Shown here piece by piece: positions 9,595-18,605 of a DNA stretch of 32,000 nt. Origin of the DNA: Flavobacteriaceae bacterium (lineage in GTDB: Bacteria; Bacteroidota; Bacteroidia; Flavobacteriales; Flavobacteriaceae); NCBI GenBank assembly GCA_965224465.1, contig OZ245049.1:2370001-2402000 (forward strand), written 5' to 3'. Below the pieces are notes generated by a model. That model made no database searches, was not told the origin of the DNA, and saw only the letters and a program-made list of their open reading frames with translations. Positions within the stretch are counted from its first letter, which is position 1; the number at the start of each line of letters is the position of its first letter. Both the position numbers and the translations under genes were made by a program.

Positions 9595-9623
9595 CTCGTT
9601 ACAACAGTAACGGGATTTTTTTT
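9595..9623 (+). terminator. Rho-independent terminator after rng
   Basis: CTCGTTAC (9595-9602) pairs with GTAACGGG (9607-9614), with one G-T wobble. An 8-T run follows (9616-9623). Confidence 0.65.
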
Positions 9624-9631
9624 GCGTTTTT

Positions 9632-11881
9632 CTAAAACCAATACCCTAAATTCACATACCAAAGTTTACTATTATGGTCTGGAGACCAGGTGTAATGGAT
9701 TTCTATAGGCCCTAAAAGAGAGTCAATTCCATAACTCACCCCATAACCGTTATTTGTTGATTTTAAAATGTCATGTCCTTTATATAAATCGTTTCTAACA
9801 TTTGCCACGTTTTTAACAAAAGAAATATAATTGTCTTTAAAGATTTCGACTTGAACTTTGGCAGAACTCATTAAATAAGAATTGGCAGAAAGCTCGGCAA
9901 TTTCGTATCCATAAAACGGAATAAATTGCGGCAAATAATTAGTCCCATTTCCTCCTATAAAAAAATTGAGTGACTGGCTTGTATCCCCTCCTAAACTCAC
10001 TCCTCCAGACGTACCTAATTGTAGTGTGAATTTATCGAAAAAAGTATGGGTATATCCTAATTTCCCAAACAATTTAGAGGTCGGAAGAAAAGTATCCGCA
10101 GACTCAATTTCGTATAATTTAAAATCAGATTTCCTATCCGTGGAATACGTATGCCATACAAAATTAACATCCAATTGCCATCCTTCTTTTACAAAATGAT
10201 CCCTATCATACGTATCGTATTTTATATAACTGTAGAAATTTAGGTAATAATTATCATCAAAATAAGACTTTTCATTATTTAAACCAGGCTTTATCAAAGT
10301 CTTTGTATAGGCTTTTATGCGCTGTAATTCTGCTCCGACTCCAAATGCTAAATCGCGATCAAAAACGGTTTGAAAATAGATTTGATTCCTCATGTCTTCA
10401 TATACTAAATTAATACGTTGTACATAGTCGTTTTTGTATTTTACGTTTGTATTAAACCCATTGAGTTCGGAGCGCAAACCAAAACTCCAATAAAACCCGT
10501 TATCAATAAAATAATTCACTTTATATCTCAAATTATCTCCCAACATAAAATCAACAGAGAACAGATCGTTTTTAACAAATAAGTTTTGAGTAGTTCCATT
10601 GATCAGCACACTGGTTTTATACAGTCTATCGTAATGGACTCCTAAATTAATACTTGTTTCGATCGTAGACTCCTCTAGGTTAAAAATCAGATTCTTACCC
10701 TTATCTATTCCTGAATCTAACACTGCATAATCAATCCCTTTAAAATTTTTAGTAGCGGATAAATTATTGATGCCTGCTAATAAATCATGGTAATTTATAG
10801 AGTCGTTTTTAGTAATATTTAGTTTTCCTTTTACATATCTTTTTGTATAGTTTTTTGCTCCGAAAATAGAAATATTATCTACTACAAACACCTCTTCGTA
10901 ATTTGTTTTCTTGACTATAAGAGGTTTCTTTTTTTGTTGTAATCCTATTTTTTTTAACAGCTCAAAATGCATACGAGCAGCAATATCACCTTCCTTCATA
11001 ATCTCTATTCGCTTGTCAAAACTCACCACATCATAATTGGTCATATCTGGTTTAATATGAACATCTAAATTCTCATAATAGACTTTCTTATCACCTCCGT
11101 ACATTTGAAAACCAACAATTTGAGAGATTATTTTTACGGCAGAATCCAGGTCGTCTTTTTTATCCAATCCATCTTGTACATCCACTCCTATAACAATATC
11201 TGCCCCCATGTTTTTTACTTCATCAACAGGGAAATTATTGACAATACCACCATCCACTAACAATTTCCCATCTATTTCTACGGGGGCAAGTAAGGTTGGA
11301 AAAGCACCACTAGCACGAATCGCTTTTGCTAAAGAACCGCTATTCAATATTTCCTGAGCACCTGTTTCTAAGTTTGTCGCTACACAGAAAAACGGAATTG
11401 GTAATTTATTAAAGTCTCTAACACTATGTACGTGCTGGGTCAACTTCATAAATAAGTTCAATACATTTTGCCCTGTAGAAATAGCTACAGGAAGACCTAC
11501 TTTTCTGTTTTTGACAGGTAATTTAATCGCGTATTTCTGTCCTTCTCTTTTTTCATAAAATGATTTTGAAGACCTTGGAATGTCATCTATCATAATAGTT
11601 TCAAAATCCACACTAGCTAAAATAGAATCTAATTCTTTTGCTCTATAACCTGAAGCATACAATGCCCCCACAATAGCCCCCATACTTGTTCCCCCAACAT
11701 AATCAATACGAATTCCCGCCTCCTCAATCACTTTTATCGCTGCAATATGAGCAAATCCTTTTGCTCCTCCACCACTAAGAACCAAACCCACTTTGAGATC
11801 CTTGTCCTTAGAATAATCTTGTGCTGACAGCTGAAAAACCAACATGAAAACAACAAAGAATGGTACTAATTTGATATTCAT
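9632..11881 (-). CDS. Patatin-like phospholipase fused to an Omp85/BamA-type beta-barrel (PlpD-like, type Vd autotransporter architecture)
   Basis: Signal peptide, oxyanion motif GGGAKG, nucleophile elbow GTSMG and catalytic DGG. The C-terminal half of about 400 aa is beta-strand-rich and ends in ...NLGYWF. Confidence 0.85.
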   Translation of the reverse strand: MNIKLVPFFVVFMLVFQLSAQDYSKDKDLKVGLVLSGGGAKGFAHIAAIKVIEEAGIRIDYVGGTSMGAIVGALYASGYRAKELDSILASVDFETIMIDDIPRSSKSFYEKREGQKYAIKLPVKNRKVGLPVAISTGQNVLNLFMKLTQHVHSVRDFNKLPIPFFCVATNLETGAQEILNSGSLAKAIRASGAFPTLLAPVEIDGKLLVDGGIVNNFPVDEVKNMGADIVIGVDVQDGLDKKDDLDSAVKIISQIVGFQMYGGDKKVYYENLDVHIKPDMTNYDVVSFDKRIEIMKEGDIAARMHFELLKKIGLQQKKKPLIVKKTNYEEVFVVDNISIFGAKNYTKRYVKGKLNITKNDSINYHDLLAGINNLSATKNFKGIDYAVLDSGIDKGKNLIFNLEESTIETSINLGVHYDRLYKTSVLINGTTQNLFVKNDLFSVDFMLGDNLRYKVNYFIDNGFYWSFGLRSELNGFNTNVKYKNDYVQRINLVYEDMRNQIYFQTVFDRDLAFGVGAELQRIKAYTKTLIKPGLNNEKSYFDDNYYLNFYSYIKYDTYDRDHFVKEGWQLDVNFVWHTYSTDRKSDFKLYEIESADTFLPTSKLFGKLGYTHTFFDKFTLQLGTSGGVSLGGDTSQSLNFFIGGNGTNYLPQFIPFYGYEIAELSANSYLMSSAKVQVEIFKDNYISFVKNVANVRNDLYKGHDILKSTNNGYGVSYGIDSLLGPIEIHYTWSPDHNSKLWYVNLGYWF

Positions 11882-11892
11882 TTTTATGTATT

Positions 11893-13686
11893 TTAGGTAT
11901 TCGTTTTATTTTTAAAATAGTGAGTAACTTTCAATGCTCTCGATTCTCCTATCACCATTTTTATATCCTCAAAAGATGCTGCTTGCACTCTTTTTGCAGA
12001 TTTAAAATAACGCAATAACGAGATAACTGTTTGATCTCCAATTCCAGAAATGGATTCCAATTCGTTTGAAATTGCAGATTTACTCCGTTTATTCCTATGA
12101 AATGTAATTCCAAACCTATGTGCTTCATTTCTCAAAAATTGTATAATTTTTAAGCTTTCAGATTTTTTATCTAAGTACAAGGGAATAGGATCTTCTGGAT
12201 AATATATTTCCTCCAATCGTTTTGCAATTCCAATAATGGCTATTTTATTTCTAAGTCCAAGTAAATCTAGGCTTTTAACAGCCGACGACAATTGCCCTTT
12301 TCCTCCGTCAATTACAATTAACTGAGGCAATGATTGCTCTTCTGCCAATAAGCGTTTATAACGCCTAAAAACCACTTCTTCCATCGATGCATAATCATCC
12401 GGACCTTCTACTGTTTTTATATTGTAATGGCGGTATTCTTTTTTACTAGGCTTCCCATCTTTAAATACCACACAAGCAGCTACAGGATGTGTCCCTTGAA
12501 TGTTTGAATTATCAAAACACTCTATATGTCTTGGCTCAGAAGACAGCCGTAAATCGGATTTCATCTGGCTCATTATACGTTTTACATGACGTTCTGGATC
12601 AACAATTTTTAATTGCTTAAATTTTTCTTGGCGAAAATAATTGGCATTTCTAAGAGACAATTCTACAATTCGTTTTTTATCTCCCAACTTAGGAACTGTC
12701 ACTTTTATATCCGCTCCCAAATTCACTAAAAAAGGCACATAAATCTCTTTGGTGTTCAACTGAAAACGCTGCCTCAATTCTACGATTACCAATTCCAATA
12801 ATTCTTTATCCGTCTCGTCTAATTTTTTCTTTACCTCTGTTGTATGTGACTGAATAATTGCACCATTAGAAATCTTAAAAAAATTGATATAACCATAACT
12901 CTCGTCAGAAATAATAGTAAACACATCTACATTGTGAATGGAAGGGTTTACTACGGTAGATTTTGATTGATAATTTGCCAATAAAGCAACCTTTTCTTTG
13001 ATGCTTTGCGCTTCTTCAAACTCCATATTAGATGCATAATTCATCATTAAAGTATGCAATGCCTCCAGAGATTCTTTAAAATTTCCTTTTATTATATTCC
13101 GAATTGCTTTGATATCAAACTCATAATTCTCCTCTGTTTGCAGCCCTTCACAAGCACCTTTACAATTCCCTATATGATAATCTAAACACACCTTATACTT
13201 CCCTTCAGAGATGTTTTTAAAACTTAAATCAAAGTTACATGTCCGTATTTTATACAGTTCTTTTATCAAATCCAACAAGGCTCTTGCTGTGCGCACATGA
13301 GTGTAGGGACCAAAATATTCAGAACCATCTTTGATGATTCTACGGGTTAAAAAAATGCGCGGAAAACGTTCTTTTTTGATGCAAATCCAAGGATACGTTT
13401 TATCATCTTTTAACATGATATTATAACGGGGCTGGTATTTTTTTATTAGATTATTTTCTAATAGCAATGCATCTGCCTCCGTATCCACGATAATGTGTTT
13501 AATACTCACTATTTTTTTAACCAACACACGTGTTTTACCATTATCATGTGTTTTGGTAAAATAAGAAGACACCCTACTTTTAAGATTCTTAGCTTTTCCC
13601 ACATATAAAATCACCTGATCTTTATCGTAATACTGATAAACACCTGGTAAACTTGGCAAGGTTTTTATTTGAATTTCTAAGTCCAA
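11893..13686 (-). CDS. uvrC: Excinuclease ABC subunit C
   Basis: GIY-YIG N-terminus (GVYQYYD...ILYVGKAKNL), a UvrBC domain and a C-terminal HhH. 597 aa. Confidence 0.95.
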   Translation of the reverse strand: MDLEIQIKTLPSLPGVYQYYDKDQVILYVGKAKNLKSRVSSYFTKTHDNGKTRVLVKKIVSIKHIIVDTEADALLLENNLIKKYQPRYNIMLKDDKTYPWICIKKERFPRIFLTRRIIKDGSEYFGPYTHVRTARALLDLIKELYKIRTCNFDLSFKNISEGKYKVCLDYHIGNCKGACEGLQTEENYEFDIKAIRNIIKGNFKESLEALHTLMMNYASNMEFEEAQSIKEKVALLANYQSKSTVVNPSIHNVDVFTIISDESYGYINFFKISNGAIIQSHTTEVKKKLDETDKELLELVIVELRQRFQLNTKEIYVPFLVNLGADIKVTVPKLGDKKRIVELSLRNANYFRQEKFKQLKIVDPERHVKRIMSQMKSDLRLSSEPRHIECFDNSNIQGTHPVAACVVFKDGKPSKKEYRHYNIKTVEGPDDYASMEEVVFRRYKRLLAEEQSLPQLIVIDGGKGQLSSAVKSLDLLGLRNKIAIIGIAKRLEEIYYPEDPIPLYLDKKSESLKIIQFLRNEAHRFGITFHRNKRSKSAISNELESISGIGDQTVISLLRYFKSAKRVQAASFEDIKMVIGESRALKVTHYFKNKTNT

Positions 13687-14336
13687 TAGAAAGGTTTATT
13701 TTTTATTAAATGTATCAACTAATTTCGTGTCAGAATTACCAATCAACTTATACCCACTTGATAATTAATACAGTTATGTTAACTATTTAATTAATTACTC
13801 AGGTGCATTTATACTTAAAGAGGATCAATATCCTTTTTTATACCTGTGGATCAAAACAATCTCTAAAACAGGAATTCCATTTAAGAACCTCCTCTTTTTC
13901 ATTATAATCATTTGAGTTTACATCCGCATTAAAACAGAGACTACTTGTGTTTTAATAACTTTTAGCACGCTCTTTTTTCCAAATTTATAATCTTATAAAA
14001 ATATTTTTACAACAAAAAAACAACAGCCCCCTTAAGAATTCAGTTCTAAAGCAACTCTTTCTCAAAGATACCGCATTCGATTTTTTTAATAGTAGTTTTC
14101 TTCTTTTGTTATTAATTATTCTTAATAAGCATTCAAAAGTATGAAAAAAAACTCCCTATTAAAAAAATACACGCATATTTAATGCGTTTTTCCTTACAAT
14201 AAAACACAGGATAAAGATACTGCATTTATCTAGGTAATTCAACATCCCTAAACAGCAGCTAAAAATCAAGTAAACACAGAATTCTGATTCCTTAATTAAT
14301 TAACATTATTATTCGTGAATAAATCAATAAAATAAC

Positions 14337-14344
14337 TACTTTTG
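14337..14344 (+). promoter_or_regulatory. Candidate -7 box TACTTTTG upstream of repeat copy A
   Basis: Exact TAnnTTTG match. If used, repeat A would be transcribed as part of a roughly 300-nt leader of the decarboxylase gene. Confidence 0.3.
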
Positions 14345-14419
14345 CAAAATAGTTTAAAAAAATACATAAAAAAGGGGTGTGTTTTATATAATACCTAAAA
14401 TACCAGTACAACCCAAAGC

Positions 14420-14594
14420 GTTCAGAGAATAACACCAATTACAATCCAAAATGACCTATATAAATAGTTTGTTTTACGTTCTAGCGTTGTTGAAAAACAG
14501 AGCGACAGCTAAGGCTATCCTTCCATTTTTCGCCTAGCAATAACAAAAAATAATTCGATTTCTAAACCGTCACTTGGAAAATATATTTGGTATA
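14420..14594 (+). repeat. Interspersed repeat, copy A (full length; core 14433-14594)
   Basis: Starts CACCAATTACAATCCAAAAT and ends CCGTCACTTGGAAAATATATTTGGTAT. Aligns by eye over its whole length with copies B, C, F and G. Shares an upstream GTTCAGAG with copy B. Confidence 0.9.
14559..14589 (+). promoter_or_regulatory. Promoter-like module inside the 3' end of repeat A (TTTC - 19 nt - TATATTTG)
   Basis: Perfect -7 box TATATTTG at 14582-14589. A near -33 (TTTC versus TTTG) lies at 14559-14562. The decarboxylase ATG is 64 nt downstream. Confidence 0.45.
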
Positions 14595-14652
14595 ACTCTC
14601 AAACACTAAGACAAAGCAATGGCAGGCACCCCACCTAAAATCAATTATTTAG

Positions 14653-15888
14653 ATGAAATACTGGAAAAAATTGTCTCATGACAAATTAAAGAAAAAAATT
14701 GACAAAGCCTTAAAGTCAACTGTTGATTTTCAAGAGAACTGTTACCTTGGATACCCTGTATCAAAATTAGACGAAAACGTATTTAACACTAAAGGTTCGT
14801 TTTTAAAAGAATCCCCTTTATTAAAATCATATATAGCCAATCCGAACAATATCGGATGCCATACTGTAGGAAAATCTGAATTGGCTTTTAAAGGTTCTCA
14901 AGAATTAGAAAAAGAAGTATTAGAAGTACTTGCCATAGATATATTTAAGGCAAAGAAGAACGAATATGACGGCTATATTGCCACTGGAGGAACCGAAGCT
15001 AATATCCAAGCCTTGTGGATTTACAGAAATTTATACAAAAATGATTTTGGAGCTAGCAACGACGAAATGGTTATTTTATCTTCTGAAGACACACATTATT
15101 CTGTATATAAAGGTTCAAATATCCTTAGCGTAGATGCCGTGAGTATTCCCGTAGATTTTGAGACCCGAAAAATAAATACCCAAGAACTAGATGCTATTGT
15201 AGCCAAACTTATCAAAGAAGGAAAAAAATACTTTATGGCAATTTCTAACATGGCTACTACCATGTTCGGATCTGTAGACGACCCAAATGTATATGCTGAT
15301 GTGTTTTTAAAATACAACGTGCCATTTAAAATACATATTGATGGTGCTTTTGGAGGGTTTATCTACCCTATTTCCAATTTAAAATCTCCTATTAACTTTA
15401 CAAATCCTCACATATCATCTATCACCATAGATGCACATAAAATGTTACAAGCTCCCTACGGAACAGGTGTGTTTTTATGTCGTAAAAACCTAATACAACA
15501 CGTACTCACCAAAGAAGCGAAATATGTAGACGGAATGGACTTAACCATGGTAGGAAGTAGGTCTGGCGCCAATGCCATTGCTGTTTGGATGATTTTATTT
15601 AGCTATGGATTTTATGGATGGTACGAAAAAATAAACACGTTACTTCTAAGAACCAATTGGCTATGTAAACAATTAGATGCTCTTAAAATTGATTATTACC
15701 ACGATCCTTATGTAAACATTGTAACCATCAGATCGCATCATATTACAGATAAAGTAGCCGAGAAATTTGGCTTAGTTCCAGACACTCATGATGAGAATTG
15801 CAACTGGTACAAAGTAATTATCATGGATCATGTAGAGATTGATGACTTACAAAAATTTATGACTGCTTTAAAGAAAAGCAACTCCTAA
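14653..15888 (+). CDS. Group II PLP-dependent decarboxylase (MfnA / tyrosine-aspartate decarboxylase-like); substrate unknown
   Basis: The GGTEANIQAL motif and the Schiff-base lysine context SITIDAHKMLQAPYGTG are typical of group II decarboxylases. 411 aa. Confidence 0.8.
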   Translation: MKYWKKLSHDKLKKKIDKALKSTVDFQENCYLGYPVSKLDENVFNTKGSFLKESPLLKSYIANPNNIGCHTVGKSELAFKGSQELEKEVLEVLAIDIFKAKKNEYDGYIATGGTEANIQALWIYRNLYKNDFGASNDEMVILSSEDTHYSVYKGSNILSVDAVSIPVDFETRKINTQELDAIVAKLIKEGKKYFMAISNMATTMFGSVDDPNVYADVFLKYNVPFKIHIDGAFGGFIYPISNLKSPINFTNPHISSITIDAHKMLQAPYGTGVFLCRKNLIQHVLTKEAKYVDGMDLTMVGSRSGANAIAVWMILFSYGFYGWYEKINTLLLRTNWLCKQLDALKIDYYHDPYVNIVTIRSHHITDKVAEKFGLVPDTHDENCNWYKVIIMDHVEIDDLQKFMTALKKSNS

Positions 15889-15959
15889 ATTAGGCTTCCA
15901 ATTACACGGGTTTTAACAGTTTTTTAAAAAAACTACAAATTCATTATTTACAATAAAAA

Positions 15960-15989
15960 GTACGCTTATACAAAGCGTGCTTTTTTTTT
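15960..15989 (+). terminator. Rho-independent terminator after the decarboxylase gene
   Basis: GTACGCTT (15960-15967) pairs with AAGCGTGC (15973-15980), with one wobble. A 9-T run follows (15981-15989). Confidence 0.7.
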
Positions 15990-16123
15990 ATGAAATTATT
16001 TTAACACAAAACCTCAGGCCTTCTAAATTAAATTCAAAATACTTTTTTTTGTTATTTCATGTTGCCCCATACAAGAAGGATTGCAACTTAGTTGTATTAC
16101 TTTTTAGGCTTACTTTAAAATTG

Positions 16124-16298
16124 GTTCAGAGGCGTCTACACCAATTACAATCCAAAATAACCAATATAAATGATTTATCATACGTTCTAGCATTGTTGAA
16201 AAACAGAATGATAGCTATGCTATCCATCCATTTTCCGATTAGTTAAAACAAAAAATAATTCCATTCCTAATCCGTCACTTGGAAATATATTTGGTATT
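16124..16298 (+). repeat. Interspersed repeat, copy B (full length; core 16139-16298)
   Basis: Same termini and internal blocks as copy A, and a perfect TATATTTG at 16286-16293. It explains the spurious 89-aa ORF at 15977..16246. Confidence 0.9.
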
Positions 16299-16506
16299 CC
16301 TTTTTCAACCTACTAAGCAGGGAAATTCTTATAAATATACGGCTAGACGCCAAAAAAATTTACAACTTGAACAAATCAAACTCAGGAAATAAACATAAAA
16401 AAGTATGCGTTCAGACTAATTATAAAATACTTTTTTATACTTCAAAATTCTTGTATTTTTATACGAACTAATCAAGCACTAGCTTTCTTAAACATCCCTG
16501 AAAATA

Positions 16507-17334
16507 ATGAAAAAACACTACTTCATAATAGCACTATTTTTAACAGTAATACTAAGTTGCAAGGAAACACCTTCTCAAATTATTAAATCACACGTTTATT
16601 TACAAAAGGAAGGTAAAGAGAAAAAAGATTGGAAATTAATTTGGCAAGATCATTTTAGCGAATCCAAATTAGACACAACCAAATGGTCGCTAATTCCTCC
16701 AAACAAGTCAGATTGGGGAAAACACCTAACAACTAGCAAACAATGCTATACTATTTCAGATGGAAAACTATTTTTAAAAGGAATTGTCAATCCAGATACT
16801 CTAAAAGATTCAAGACCATTTTTAACTGGAGGAATTTATTCTAAAGGGAAATTTGCCTTTCAATACGGTAAAATTGAAATACGCGCAAAGTTAGCGTCTG
16901 CTCAAGGTGCCTGGCCAGCTATATGGATGCTAGCTGAACAACATAAATATGGTGCTTACCCAAGAAATGGTGAGATTGACATTATGGAGCACCTCAACTA
17001 TGACGACATCATCTACCAAACAACACACTCCTATTATACGTTGGAGCTAAAGCAAAAAATGAATCCACCACATTATGGAACTAAAAAAGTAAATGTCGGT
17101 AAATATAACACGTATGGATTGGAATGGTATCCCGATAAATTGGTGTTTACATTAAATGATAAAACAACTTTTATATACCCAAGAATTAACGGGGTGGATT
17201 CTTCTCAATGGCCCTATGATCAACCCTTTTACATTTTAATAGACCAACAACTTGGTGGATCTTGGGTAGGAAAAGTAAATGCAGAGGAATTACCAGTTCA
17301 AATGATTATTGACTTTGTAAAAGTGTATCAATAA
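16507..17334 (+). CDS. Glycoside hydrolase family 16 lipoprotein (laminarinase/beta-glucanase-like)
   Basis: Lipobox ILSC. The GH16 catalytic motif ExDxxE is present as EIDIME. The concanavalin-like fold signature WPAIWM is also present. Confidence 0.85.
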   Translation: MKKHYFIIALFLTVILSCKETPSQIIKSHVYLQKEGKEKKDWKLIWQDHFSESKLDTTKWSLIPPNKSDWGKHLTTSKQCYTISDGKLFLKGIVNPDTLKDSRPFLTGGIYSKGKFAFQYGKIEIRAKLASAQGAWPAIWMLAEQHKYGAYPRNGEIDIMEHLNYDDIIYQTTHSYYTLELKQKMNPPHYGTKKVNVGKYNTYGLEWYPDKLVFTLNDKTTFIYPRINGVDSSQWPYDQPFYILIDQQLGGSWVGKVNAEELPVQMIIDFVKVYQ

Positions 17335-17485
17335 TTTCATAATAAAAGGGATTTAATTCAGTGGAACAAGCTATTTAAACCACCTTAACATGTTGTTTTC
17401 CTGAATAGAAGTTTACAATTCACACGCCTTAGCACAACACAAATTTATTGTTCTAACACCTATTTAACCTTTTAATCTAATGTTA

Positions 17486-17609
17486 CACCAATTGCAATCC
17501 AAAATAACCGTTATAAATAGTTTGTTTTACGTTCTAGGGTTGTTAAAAAACAGAACGATAACAAAGGCTATCCTTAGTTATTTCGCCTAGCTAAAACAAA
17601 AAATAATTA
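17486..17609 (+). repeat. Interspersed repeat, copy C (3'-truncated; lacks the CCGTCACTTGG module)
   Basis: About 87% identical to copy A by hand alignment over 124 nt. It ends 6 nt before the stop codon of the arsP-like gene. Confidence 0.85.
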
Positions 17610-17614
17610 CATCT

Positions 17615-18592
17615 TTACAATAAAATATTAAACACATACCCCGATATCATAATACAGATAGTAACTACACTAAAAAAGATGGCGATCAATTGTAAACTCA
17701 TTACTTTTTTTAACAACAGAGCTTCAGGCAAGGAAAGTCCAATCACACCCATCATAAAAGCAATGGCAGTTCCTAAGGGAATTCCTTTAGCTACCAACAC
17801 TTGTACCACGGGTAATATACCTGATGCACCCGCATACATTGGAACACCCAAAACAGTAGCTATAGGTACAGACCACCAGTTCTCTTTACCCATATATTGC
17901 TCAAAAAAACCTGTAGGAACATACCCATGCATCAAGGCACCAACAGCCAATCCAACCAAAACATAAAGAACAATTCCTTTTAATATAGAAGTAGTTTCTG
18001 ACCAAATAAAAGGCAGACGATTTCTAAAAGACCTGTGTTTTTGTGAAAAACCTTCCGTTTCTTTCGTGGCGTTTATCAATACGTCTTGCACCCAGGGACT
18101 CAAGTATTTTTCCAATTTTAATTGCTGTAAAAACATTCCAGAAAACGTACCTAAAAGCACACCTATCACCACATAAATCACCGTAGTTTTTACACCAAAC
18201 AAACCAATAAATAAACCGATAGCTACTTCGTTAACCAATGGTGAGGTTATCAAAAAGGAAAACGTGACTCCCAAAGGAATTCCACCTTTTACAAAACCTA
18301 TAAATAAGGGTACAGAGGAACAAGAGCAAAAAGGGGTGACTACTCCAAACAGGGAAGACATCAAATACTCAAAACCATATAATTTTTTTCGAGAGAGGTA
18401 ATTACGCACTTTTTCTACAGGAAAATAACTATTTACAATCCCCATAAAAAAGATAATCACAAAAATAAGTAGCATTATTTTAATACTATCGAAAATAAAA
18501 AAGTTGAGTGCCTTTCCGAAACTACTCGTTATATGGATGTCAAAAACATCAAATACCAGCCAATCTGCAAACTTTTGTAACCAATTAAACAT
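17615..18592 (-). CDS. ArsP-like permease (PF03773-type predicted permease)
   Basis: 325-aa polytopic protein with the TPFCSCS motif in a TM segment. As I recall, this motif characterises organoarsenical efflux permease ArsP. It is the last gene of the ars cluster. Confidence 0.7.
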   Translation of the reverse strand: MFNWLQKFADWLVFDVFDIHITSSFGKALNFFIFDSIKIMLLIFVIIFFMGIVNSYFPVEKVRNYLSRKKLYGFEYLMSSLFGVVTPFCSCSSVPLFIGFVKGGIPLGVTFSFLITSPLVNEVAIGLFIGLFGVKTTVIYVVIGVLLGTFSGMFLQQLKLEKYLSPWVQDVLINATKETEGFSQKHRSFRNRLPFIWSETTSILKGIVLYVLVGLAVGALMHGYVPTGFFEQYMGKENWWSVPIATVLGVPMYAGASGILPVVQVLVAKGIPLGTAIAFMMGVIGLSLPEALLLKKVMSLQLIAIFFSVVTICIMISGYVFNILL

Positions 18593-18605
18593 AGCTCTTT
18601 ACTTA

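Noticed and set aside
14131-14152. ATTCAAAAGTAT(G/A)AAAAAAA is shared between 14131-14152 and 26205-26226. GCGTTCAGA is shared between 14418-14426 and 16398-16406.
   Set aside because: Short AT-rich matches of this length are expected by chance in 32 kb of low-GC DNA. Their orientation is not consistent with the adjacent repeat copies. Only the GTTCAGAG directly abutting copies A and B was kept, as a possible extension of the repeat.
14451-14537. A short ORF inside the repeat gives similar peptides in several copies: A is MTYINSLFYVLALLKNRATAKAILPFFA, C is ITVINSLFYVLGLLKNRTITKAILSYFA, and G is MNDINSLSYVLTSLKNRTIRLSLEYLPR.
   Set aside because: Only A and G have an ATG. Copy F has a 1-nt deletion that breaks the frame. 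B and G shift frame after the GATAGC hairpin because of loop indels. Substitutions are not biased towards synonymous changes. The apparent peptide conservation is explained by nucleotide identity.
15977-16246. An 89-aa ORF downstream of the decarboxylase, and similarly the 63-aa ORF at 22222..22413.
   Set aside because: Both run through a terminator T-run or repeat copies (B and E). They have low-complexity, non-protein-like sequence and are explained by the non-coding repeat.
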